Part shown: positions 17,252 to 24,379 of the stretch, piece by piece
Position numbering within the stretch: the stretch's first letter is position 1
How the letters are laid out: each line of letters opens with the position of its first letter
Assembly (NCBI GenBank): GCA_016177465.1
Contig: JACOVF010000150.1
Location: 1-47,790 of the forward strand
DNA length: 47,790 nucleotides
Origin: Gemmatimonadota bacterium
GTDB taxonomy: Bacteria > Gemmatimonadota > Gemmatimonadetes > Gemmatimonadales > GWC2-71-9
Direction of reading: 5' to 3'
Program-made: the position numbers and the translations under genes
The notes under the pieces: model-generated
What the model saw: the letters and a program-made list of their open reading frames with translations, nothing else
Told to the model about the DNA's origin: nothing
Databases searched by the model: none

Positions 17252-19420
17252 TTAGGGTGCGGGTGAGGGAAGGCGTGGGTTCAGACCGAGCGCGCGGACC
17301 AGAAACGCCCAGCGGTCCGCCTGCTCCTCGATGATCTTGCTCGTGGGCTTGCCGGCACCGTGTCCGGCTTTGGTCTCGATGCGGATCAGGACCGGGGCGA
17401 GGCCGGCCTGCGCGGCCTGCAACGCCGCGGCGAACTTGAACGAATGCCCCGGTACCACCCGGTCGTCGTGGTCGGCGGTCGTGATCAGGGCGGCAGGGTA
17501 GCGCGTCCCCGGGCGGAGGTTGTGCAGCGGCGAGTACCTGTAGAGATACGGGAACTGCGACGTGCTGTCGGCTGAGCCGTATTCGGTGACCCACGCCCAC
17601 CCGATCGTGAACTTGTGGAAGCGCAACATGTCCATCACGCCCACCGCCGGCAGGGCGGCGCCGAACAGCTCCGGGCGCTGGGTCATTACCGCTCCCACGA
17701 GCAGCCCGCCGTTCGATCCCCCGCCGATCGCGAGCTTCGCAGGGGCGGTGTAGTTCTCCCGGATGAGGTGCTCCGCCGCCGCGATGAAGTCGTCGAATAC
17801 GTTCTGCTTCTTGTCGAGCATCCCGGCCTGGTGCCACTCTTCGCCGTATTCCGCCCCGCCGCGCAGGTTGGGGACCGCGTACACGCCGCCCATCTCAAGC
17901 CAGACCACCATGCCCACCGAAAACGCCGGCGTCTGGTTGATGTTGAACCCGCCGTAGCCGTAGAGGTAAGTCGGGTTGGAGCCGTCGGGGACGAGGCCCT
18001 TCTTGTGGGTGATGAACATCGGCACACGCGTGCCGTCCTTGCTCGTGTAAAAGACCTGGTACGTCTCGTAGCCGCTCGGGTCGAAATCGAGCGCCGGCTG
18101 TTTGAACACGACCGTCCGCCCCGCCGTGAAGTCGTGGCGGAAGATCGTCGTGGGGTAGAGGAACGACGTGAACGCGTAGAACATCTCGGTATCGTCGCGC
18201 TCCCCGGTGATCGCGCTGACGGAGCCGAGTGTCGGCAGCGCCAGGTCTCGCAGGGGGCGGCCGTCCAGCGCGAACAGCCGCAGCCGTGAGTGGGCATCAT
18301 GGAGATAGGTCGTCACGAAGCTGTTGTTCACGAGCCGAACGCTCTCCAGCACGTCCGTGTCCTGCGGGATCACCGAGCGCCAGCGGCTGGGGTCGGGGTC
18401 CGGGGTGTCGATCGCCACCACGCGCTGGCGCGGCGCGTCGAGGTCGGTCGCGAAGTAGAACACCGGCCCGTCGTTCCCGACGAAGCTGTAGGCGGCGTCG
18501 AATTTGTCGAGCAGCGGGACCACGGGCCCGTCGAAGCGGGGCGCCGTGGGCGACTGGAGGTCCTGGTAGTAGACCCGGTTCCGTCGATCGGTGCCGAGCC
18601 ACAGTACCAGGATGAGGTAACGCCCGTCGTGGGTCACCCCGGCCGAGATCCCCCAGTCGGGCTGGTCCGGTCGCTCGTAGATGAGCTGATCCTGAGATTG
18701 GTCGGTGCCAAGGCGGTGATAATAGAGCTTCTGATTCCGGTTCACGGCGAGCAGCGGGCTGCCCCCCTCGGGCTCGGGGTAGCGGCTGTAGAAGAAGCCC
18801 TTGCCGTCGTGCGTCCAGCCCGCGCCGGAGAACTTGACCCATTTCAGGTGGTCGGGGAGATCCTGGCCGGTCGCGACGTCGCGCACCCGGAACTCGTTCC
18901 AGTCGGAGCCACTCGTCGCGGTGCCGTAGGCGAGATGCCGGCCATCCTCCGACACCTCGTTGACCGTGAGCGCCACCGTCCCGTCCGAGGAGAGCGTGTT
19001 CGGGTCGAGCAGCACCTCGGGCTCGGCGTCGAGCGACGGTTGTTTGTAGAGCACCGCCTGGTTCTGCAATCCGTCGTTCTTGAAGAAGAAATACCGGCTG
19101 CCCTTTCTGAACGGGGGCCCGTAGCGCGCGTAGTTCCAGAGTTGGGTGAGGCGGCGCCGGATGAGATCACGCTGGGGGATCCGCTCCAGGAAGCCGAACG
19201 TCACCCGGTTCTCGGCTTCCACCCAGGCGCTGGTTTCGGGGGAATCGACGTCCTCGAGCCAGCGATAGGGATCGGAAACCTTGGTGCCGAAGTAGTCGTC
19301 CACGACGTCCGCGCTGCGGGCGGGTGGGTACTGAATGGCCTGGGAGGGCGCGGGAGTGGAGCGCACGAGGGAAGCGAAAAGGAGCATCGGAATCCGTGCC
19401 CTGAGGTGTGAACGGTGCAT
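17252..19420 (-). CDS. prolyl oligopeptidase (S9A) with signal peptide
   Basis: DPYRWLED near the N-terminus and the nucleophile elbow GGGSNGGLL. The likely start is ATG at 19420 (MHRSHLRARIPMLLFASL...), not the track's 19591. Confidence 0.9.
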   Translation of the reverse strand: MHRSHLRARIPMLLFASLVRSTPAPSQAIQYPPARSADVVDDYFGTKVSDPYRWLEDVDSPETSAWVEAENRVTFGFLERIPQRDLIRRRLTQLWNYARYGPPFRKGSRYFFFKNDGLQNQAVLYKQPSLDAEPEVLLDPNTLSSDGTVALTVNEVSEDGRHLAYGTATSGSDWNEFRVRDVATGQDLPDHLKWVKFSGAGWTHDGKGFFYSRYPEPEGGSPLLAVNRNQKLYYHRLGTDQSQDQLIYERPDQPDWGISAGVTHDGRYLILVLWLGTDRRNRVYYQDLQSPTAPRFDGPVVPLLDKFDAAYSFVGNDGPVFYFATDLDAPRQRVVAIDTPDPDPSRWRSVIPQDTDVLESVRLVNNSFVTTYLHDAHSRLRLFALDGRPLRDLALPTLGSVSAITGERDDTEMFYAFTSFLYPTTIFRHDFTAGRTVVFKQPALDFDPSGYETYQVFYTSKDGTRVPMFITHKKGLVPDGSNPTYLYGYGGFNINQTPAFSVGMVVWLEMGGVYAVPNLRGGAEYGEEWHQAGMLDKKQNVFDDFIAAAEHLIRENYTAPAKLAIGGGSNGGLLVGAVMTQRPELFGAALPAVGVMDMLRFHKFTIGWAWVTEYGSADSTSQFPYLYRYSPLHNLRPGTRYPAALITTADHDDRVVPGHSFKFAAALQAAQAGLAPVLIRIETKAGHGAGKPTSKIIEEQADRWAFLVRALGLNPRLPSPAP

Positions 19421-19474
19421 TGTGAATCTCGGAGTATGTGGAAGTGCAGGCGAACGATGACGAGGAGCGGGAAG

Positions 19475-19523
19475 GGGCGGTAGTGGGCGGAGACCGTAAT
19501 GGGCGGTATCGGGTGGTAATGGT
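19475..19523. repeat. degenerate array of the 10-nt unit GGGCGGTA(A/G)T
   Basis: GGGCGGTAGTGGGCGGAGACCGTAATGGGCGGTATCGGGTGGTAATGG lies in the divergent intergenic region. Confidence 0.6.
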
Positions 19524-19550
19524 CGCGTGGAAGCGGCTCGGCTCGTCTTA

Positions 19551-19579
19551 TTGACGTAACTCCCCATTGTGCTTAACTT
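19551..19579 (+). promoter_or_regulatory. sigma70-like promoter candidate for rng (TTGACG-17-TAACTT)
   Basis: -35 at 19551-19556 and -10-like box at 19574-19579 with a 17-nt spacer. Would give a 5' UTR of about 140 nt. Confidence 0.35.
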
Positions 19580-19683
19580 TACAGGATGCATTGGACTACG
19601 GCTGCATTCCGCACGCCGGCCAATCGGCGCATCTCATCGCCCGCCATACCGGACGTCATGAGTTATTGCTGGCCCAACCACAG

Positions 19684-19714
19684 GATCCCGGATGGCTGCT
19701 GGCCCTCCGGGATC
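19684..19714 (+). promoter_or_regulatory. 5' UTR hairpin immediately upstream of the rng SD
   Basis: Perfect 9-bp stem GATCCCGGA / TCCGGGATC with a 13-nt loop. It is followed by GAGGG (19715-19719) and TTG 19728. Confidence 0.4.
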
Positions 19715-19727
19715 GAGGGTTATTGCT

Positions 19728-21314
19728 TTGAAGCGCGAGATCCTGATCAGCGGCAGCCCGCGGGAAACCCGCGTGGCCATTCTCGAGGACGACCGCCTTG
19801 TTGAATTACTCGTCGACCGGCCCGACGCCCGCCGCATGGTGGGTGACATCTACCTCGGCAAGGTCGAGGCGGTCTTGCCGGGCATCCAGGCCGCCTTCGT
19901 CGACATAGGGACCGAGAAAAGCGCCTTTCTTCATGCGTCCGACCTGATCGAGTCGGACGACGAGGACGAGAACGGCGACAAGGGCGGGTCGGACGACGAG
20001 GACGAAGACACCAGCGGAAACGACAACGGACAGGCCAGGGGCCGCGACCGGGGTGGCCGCCGCCGCCCCACCCCCAATATCGCCGACGAGCTGAAGCGAG
20101 GGGAGGCCAAGCTCGTCCAGGTCATCAAAGAACCGATCAGCACTAAGGGTCCCCGGGTCACGGCGCAGATCTCCCTGGCCGGCCGATTCCTCGTGTACAT
20201 GCCGTTCGCCTCCAAGGTCGGCGTTTCCCGGAAGATCGAAGCCCGCGACCAGCGCGCTCGTTTGCGCGAGATGGTCACCAAGCTCGTCCCCAAGGATTCC
20301 GGCGGATGGATCATCCGCACCGTGGCCGACGATCTCACCGAGGCGTCGTGCAAGCGGGAGATCGACCATCTCCACAGCCTCTGGAAGAAGATCACGCGCA
20401 AATCGTCGTCGGTGCGGGCGCCATTCCTGGTGCAACGGGAGACGAGCCTCACCCGCGGCATCGTGCGCGACCTGTTCAGCGACAAGGTCGACTCGCTGCT
20501 GGTCGATTCCAAGTTGCTCTACAACGAGATCGAGCAGTACCTGAAGCAGGTCGATCCCGACCTGATGCAGCGAGTCAAGCTGTATCATGCGGGGACGCCG
20601 CTGTTCGATGAGTACGACATCGAGGCGGAGATCCGCAACCTCTTCAAGCCGCGGGTGGACCTGCCAAGCGGCGGGTACCTGATCATCCAGCCGACGGAGG
20701 CGCTGACCTCGATCGACGTCAACACCGGGCGCTACACGGGGAAGAAGGATTCCGAGGCGACGATCTTGAAGACTAATCTCGAGGCGGGGCGCGAGGTGGC
20801 GCGCCAACTGCGGCTGCGAGACATCGGCGGGATCATCGTGGTGGACTTCATCGATATGGAGGCCCGGGGAAACCGGGACAAGGTGCTGCAGGAGCTGCGC
20901 ACCCACCTGGGGCACGACCGGGCACGGACCAAGGCCTTCGCAGTCTCCGAGCTGGGATTGATCGAAATGACCCGCCAGCGGGTTCGACCTTCGTTATGGC
21001 AGTCGATGACTGCCGAGTGCCCGACCTGTACCGGCACAGGGCGCGTGTTCCGGCCGGAGGTGGTCGTGCGGCGGATGGAGCGCTCGCTCAGGCGGGCAGG
21101 AGCGGACCACAAGGAGCGGCAGCTCGTAGTGCGGCTGCACCCAGAGGTGGCGTTGTACCTCGTGGAGCAGGAGCCTAACTTCTTGCGGCAGTTGGAGAAG
21201 CAAACGGGGCTCGAGCTCGAGGTCCGTGACGACCCGATGATGCGCCTCGACGAGTTCCGGATGATGAGCCGGCCGGCGGGGCGGGACGTAACCGAGCTGT
21301 ACGCCGTTGCCTAG
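19728..21314 (+). CDS. rng: ribonuclease E/G family protein (RNase G-like)
   Basis: The N-terminus LKREILISGSPRETRVAILEDDRLVEL matches RNase G starts. Contains an S1 domain, IDVNTGRYTG, IIVVDFIDM and CPTCTGTG. TTG 19728 has GAGGG 8 nt upstream. Alternative start ATG 19692 lies inside the hairpin. Confidence 0.88.
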   Translation: MKREILISGSPRETRVAILEDDRLVELLVDRPDARRMVGDIYLGKVEAVLPGIQAAFVDIGTEKSAFLHASDLIESDDEDENGDKGGSDDEDEDTSGNDNGQARGRDRGGRRRPTPNIADELKRGEAKLVQVIKEPISTKGPRVTAQISLAGRFLVYMPFASKVGVSRKIEARDQRARLREMVTKLVPKDSGGWIIRTVADDLTEASCKREIDHLHSLWKKITRKSSSVRAPFLVQRETSLTRGIVRDLFSDKVDSLLVDSKLLYNEIEQYLKQVDPDLMQRVKLYHAGTPLFDEYDIEAEIRNLFKPRVDLPSGGYLIIQPTEALTSIDVNTGRYTGKKDSEATILKTNLEAGREVARQLRLRDIGGIIVVDFIDMEARGNRDKVLQELRTHLGHDRARTKAFAVSELGLIEMTRQRVRPSLWQSMTAECPTCTGTGRVFRPEVVVRRMERSLRRAGADHKERQLVVRLHPEVALYLVEQEPNFLRQLEKQTGLELEVRDDPMMRLDEFRMMSRPAGRDVTELYAVA

Positions 21315-21336
21315 CGCGACGGAGTCCGTTGCCGTC

Positions 21337-21365
21337 TTGACTAAGTAGTTGCCCCCGTTTAAGTT
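21337..21365 (+). promoter_or_regulatory. promoter candidate for rplU-rpmA (TTGACT-17-TAAGTT), 9 nt from the ATG
   Basis: -35 at 21337-21342 and -10-like box at 21360-21365. No SD precedes ATG 21375. Confidence 0.4.
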
Positions 21366-21374
21366 CCGCGCCCT

Positions 21375-21692
21375 ATGACTTACGCCATTTTCACCACCGG
21401 CGGCAAGCAGTTCCGGGCTGAAGCCGGGGTGACCATCAAGGTCCCCCTGCTCGAGGCCGAGCCGGGGAGCAAAGTCACCTTCGATCACGTGCTTCTGGCG
21501 AGCGACGGGAAGCACGTCCATGCCGGCCAGCCCACCGTGAAGGGGGCGAAGGTCACCGCCGAGGTGGTGCGGCACGGATTGGGGAAGAAGATCCGCATCT
21601 TCCGGTTCGCACGCCGCACCGGCTATCGCCGCAAGGCAGGGCACCGGCAGGATTACACTGAAGTGAAGATCGCCGACGTGAAGGTCGGCTGA
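21375..21692 (+). CDS. rplU: 50S ribosomal protein L21
   Basis: [18 protein letters not shown]... is the canonical L21 N-terminus. 105 aa, upstream of L27. Confidence 0.95.
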   Translation: MTYAIFTTGGKQFRAEAGVTIKVPLLEAEPGSKVTFDHVLLASDGKHVHAGQPTVKGAKVTAEVVRHGLGKKIRIFRFARRTGYRRKAGHRQDYTEVKIADVKVG

Positions 21693-21699
21693 GGACGCT

Positions 21700-21957
21700 A
21701 TGGCTCATAAGAAAGGCGTCGGCTCCACCCGCAACGGCCGCGACTCGAATCCGCAATACCTGGGCGTGAAGTGCTTCGGGGGCGAGTTCGTGACGGCCGG
21801 GTCGATCATCGTGCGCCAGCGGGGCACTAAGTTCCATCCCGGCAAGAACGTGCGCCGCGCGTCGGACGACACGCTGTTCACCGTGGTGGACGGGGTCGTG
21901 AAGTTCGAGCACAAGGACAAGAAGCGGTATCAGGTGAGTGTGTATCCCGCAGCGTAG
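21700..21957 (+). CDS. rpmA: 50S ribosomal protein L27
   Basis: [24 protein letters not shown] is the canonical L27 N-terminus. Confidence 0.96.
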   Translation: MAHKKGVGSTRNGRDSNPQYLGVKCFGGEFVTAGSIIVRQRGTKFHPGKNVRRASDDTLFTVVDGVVKFEHKDKKRYQVSVYPAA

Positions 21958-21975
21958 GCGGTAATGGGCGGTAGT
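21957..21975. repeat. short copy of the decamer repeat (GGCGGTAATGGGCGGTAGT)
   Basis: Begins at the last base of the rpmA stop codon and contains ATG 21964. Confidence 0.6.
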
Positions 21976-22662
21976 CCCATGACCGTCTTCCCCCAGGTGC
22001 CGTTCCATCCCATCCGTCACTCGCCGGAGGAGACGCTCCGCCGCGGCCGCGAGTTCTACGATCACATGAACCGCCGCCGCTCCGTTCGCTTCTTCTCCCC
22101 CGACCCGGTCCCTCGCGAGGCAATCGAGCTGGCCATCCAGATCGCCGGCACGGCGCCCTCCGGCGCGCACCAGCAGCCGTGGACGTTCGTCGTGGTGGAC
22201 GACCCGGAGCTGAAGCGTCAGATCCGGCTCGGCGCGGAGGAGGAGGAACGGGAGTTCTACGAGCACCGCGCCCCCGCCGAGTGGCTCGAGGCCCTGGCGC
22301 CCCTCGGCACCGACTGGCGTAAGCCGTTCCTCGAGATCGCGTCGTATCTGATCGTCGTGTTCCGGCACGCCTACCGGGTGGCGCCGGACGGCGCCCACCA
22401 CAAGACCTACTACAGCACCGAATCGGTCGGCATCGCTGTGGGACTGCTCATCGCCGCGTTGCACACGATGGGACTGTGCACTCTCACGCACACGCCGAGT
22501 CCGATGGAGTTCTTGAACGGCATCCTGGGGCGGCCGGAGTGGGAGAGGCCCTTCGTACTACTACCGGTTGGCTATGCTGCGCCGGACGCCACGGTGCCGG
22601 ACTTGAAACGCAAGGCGCTGGACGAGGTGGCGGTGTGGAACAAGGGCGGTAGTGGGCGGTAA
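21964..22662 (+). CDS. nitroreductase family protein (iodotyrosine-deiodinase-like subfamily)
   Basis: RRSVRFFSPDPVP, GTAPSGAHQQPWTFVVV and the layout are typical of the family. ATG 21964 lies inside the repeat, so ATG 21979 (MTVFPQVPF) is an equally good start. The last codons GGSGR-stop are encoded by the decamer array. Confidence 0.85.
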   Translation: MGGSPMTVFPQVPFHPIRHSPEETLRRGREFYDHMNRRRSVRFFSPDPVPREAIELAIQIAGTAPSGAHQQPWTFVVVDDPELKRQIRLGAEEEEREFYEHRAPAEWLEALAPLGTDWRKPFLEIASYLIVVFRHAYRVAPDGAHHKTYYSTESVGIAVGLLIAALHTMGLCTLTHTPSPMEFLNGILGRPEWERPFVLLPVGYAAPDATVPDLKRKALDEVAVWNKGGSGR

Positions 22663-22682
22663 TGGGCGGTAATGGGCGGTAA
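22644..22682. repeat. decamer array, forward arm (4 units GGGCGGTA[A/G]T)
   Basis: GGGCGGTAGTGGGCGGTAATGGGCGGTAATGGGCGGTAA. Inverted partner at 23126-23168. Confidence 0.85.
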
Positions 22683-22709
22683 AAAGTGTAGGGCCTGCGC
22701 TGTTTCGGT

Positions 22710-22715
22710 TATAGT
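22710..22715 (+). promoter_or_regulatory. -10-like box TATAGT, 9 nt upstream of GTG 22725
   Basis: TATAGT-aaccagccc-GTG with no SD and no convincing -35. Confidence 0.3.
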
Positions 22716-22724
22716 AACCAGCCC

Positions 22725-23108
22725 GTGCCTGCACACCTTCCATGCATGCTCCCCTATGAACGGTTTGCCTTCTGGAAGCCGTGCTACCAATTGGCGCTCG
22801 ATGTGTACAAGGCAACACAGAACTTCCCCAAGAGCGAGCTGTACGGCCTGACTTCGCAGGCCCGAAGAGCCGCGTTCTCGGTTGGGGCGAACATCGCGGA
22901 AGGGTCGGCGAAACGGGGGACGAGGGAGTTCAGGCGATTCCTCGATATCGGGATCGGTTCTCTTTCCGAGCTGTCGTTTACCCTCCAGCTATCCCGCGAC
23001 CTTGGCTTTCTGCCCAAGGAAACCTGGAAAGAGTTGGATGCACTGCGTAACCATGTTGGAGTCTTGATGTGGAAGCTCTGCCGAGCGCTGGACGGCGATG
23101 GGCGGTAG
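22725..23108 (+). CDS. four-helix-bundle protein (23S rRNA intervening-sequence protein family; Avd-like fold)
   Basis: YGLTSQARRAAFSVGANIAEGSAKRGTREFRRFLDIGIGSLSELSFTLQLSRDLGFL is the family signature. Visibly more A/T-rich than the flanking genes. Alternative start ATG 22746. Confidence 0.88.
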   Translation: MPAHLPCMLPYERFAFWKPCYQLALDVYKATQNFPKSELYGLTSQARRAAFSVGANIAEGSAKRGTREFRRFLDIGIGSLSELSFTLQLSRDLGFLPKETWKELDALRNHVGVLMWKLCRALDGDGR

Positions 23109-23125
23109 GGAGCCTGCGCATCCTG

Positions 23126-23168
23126 CCACCCATTACCGCCTACTACCGCCCATTACCGCCCATTACCG
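23126..23168. repeat. decamer array, inverted arm
   Basis: CCACCCATTACCGCCTACTACCGCCCATTACCGCCCATTACCG is the reverse complement of the forward units. 33 of 36 positions are complementary to 22647-22682 in the best register. Confidence 0.85.
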
Positions 23169-23170
23169 AC

Positions 23171-24379
23171 CTAGTACTTTGGCGGCAACGTCCGATAGCG
23201 ATCCAGCAGCTCCGTCTGCCGTGATCTCAACGGGATATCCCGCCCCCGAATAAGCACCCGCTCGACGGAAGTCCCGAATTCAAACGGATCCCCGCTCCAC
23301 ACCACCACGTTGGCGACCTTGCCCACCTCCAGCGAGCCGTAACGGTCCGCCACCCCGAACACTTCGGCGGGGGTGAGGGTCACCGCGCGCAGCGCCTGGT
23401 CCCATGTCATCCCATACGACACGGCGTTCCCCGCCTGTTGGCGCAGGTTGCGGGAGTTGTGGGAATCGGTCTCGAGCAGGACGACCTTGACTCCAGCCCG
23501 AGCAAGCGCGGCGGCGTTCTCGTACCGTACGCCGAGCGCGTCGTAGGACGGGATGTTGTCGAGCGGCTGCACCAGCACGGGCACTCCCGCGGCCGCGATT
23601 GCAGGGGCCACCATCCAGCCCTCCTGCGCGCCAGCGAGAATGAGCTTCAGCTTGTACTCTCGGGTGATCCGCACCGCTGTCTCGATGTCGCTGCGGCGGT
23701 TCGCCATCACCACCACCGGCAGCTCGCCACGCAGCACGGGCAGCAGGGCCTCGAGGTCGGCGCCCGGCGCCGCGAGCGCCTGCATCTGGGCGCGGGTATA
23801 ATCGGTCTTGCGGCGCGAGTACTCCAGAGCATCGTTGAGCACCCGGCGCAGCCTGGCCGCGACGCCCGCACGACTGCCGCCGCCCGCACCTTTGGCGCCC
23901 TCGGACAGGTTGATCACCATCGCAGCCGGCGACTTCACGAGCATCGCTTCGATGGTGGGTCCGTCCAGGTCGATGATCACCGCTTGCCCCAGAATCAGGC
24001 CGCCGGCAGGCGCGGCCAAGGCGGTCGTGATCCCCTCGACCCGTGTTACGGGGACGAGATTCGACGCGGGGTTGATGCCTTCCGCGACGTTGAACGACGC
24101 GGCGACGTCGTTGCCGTGGAAGGCGCCCTCGTTGGTGCTGGTGACGGCGCCGATCTCCGTGAGCCCCAGCTGGCCGCCGCCGTCGATCAGCCCCGGCGTG
24201 ACCCATTTGCCGCGGGCGTCGATGCGGGAGGCGTCGGACGGGATGGCAACGGTAGGGCCGACCGCGGCGATCTTGCCGTCGCGGATCAACACCGTGGCGT
24301 TCTCGATTTTCGGGCCGGAGACGGGGAACACCGTCCCGCCCGTGATGGCGATGGTCTGGGAGAGCAAGAACGCGATCAT
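23171..24379 (-). CDS. amidohydrolase-family protein with degenerate metal site
   Basis: Amidohydrolase-fold paralog of the upstream gene. The HxH position reads PGLIDGGGQLG instead of GLIDTHSHLG. 4-nt overlap with the upstream gene. Confidence 0.85.
   Translation of the reverse strand: MIAFLLSQTIAITGGTVFPVSGPKIENATVLIRDGKIAAVGPTVAIPSDASRIDARGKWVTPGLIDGGGQLGLTEIGAVTSTNEGAFHGNDVAASFNVAEGINPASNLVPVTRVEGITTALAAPAGGLILGQAVIIDLDGPTIEAMLVKSPAAMVINLSEGAKGAGGGSRAGVAARLRRVLNDALEYSRRKTDYTRAQMQALAAPGADLEALLPVLRGELPVVVMANRRSDIETAVRITREYKLKLILAGAQEGWMVAPAIAAAGVPVLVQPLDNIPSYDALGVRYENAAALARAGVKVVLLETDSHNSRNLRQQAGNAVSYGMTWDQALRAVTLTPAEVFGVADRYGSLEVGKVANVVVWSGDPFEFGTSVERVLIRGRDIPLRSRQTELLDRYRTLPPKY

Noticed and set aside
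22644-23168. Possibility that the decamer arrays are a CRISPR array or a simple microsatellite.
   Set aside because: The 10-nt unit has no unique spacers, there are only about 4 units per arm, and the two arms are inverted relative to each other. This is incompatible with CRISPR repeat-spacer architecture. It is reported as an inverted-array cassette instead.
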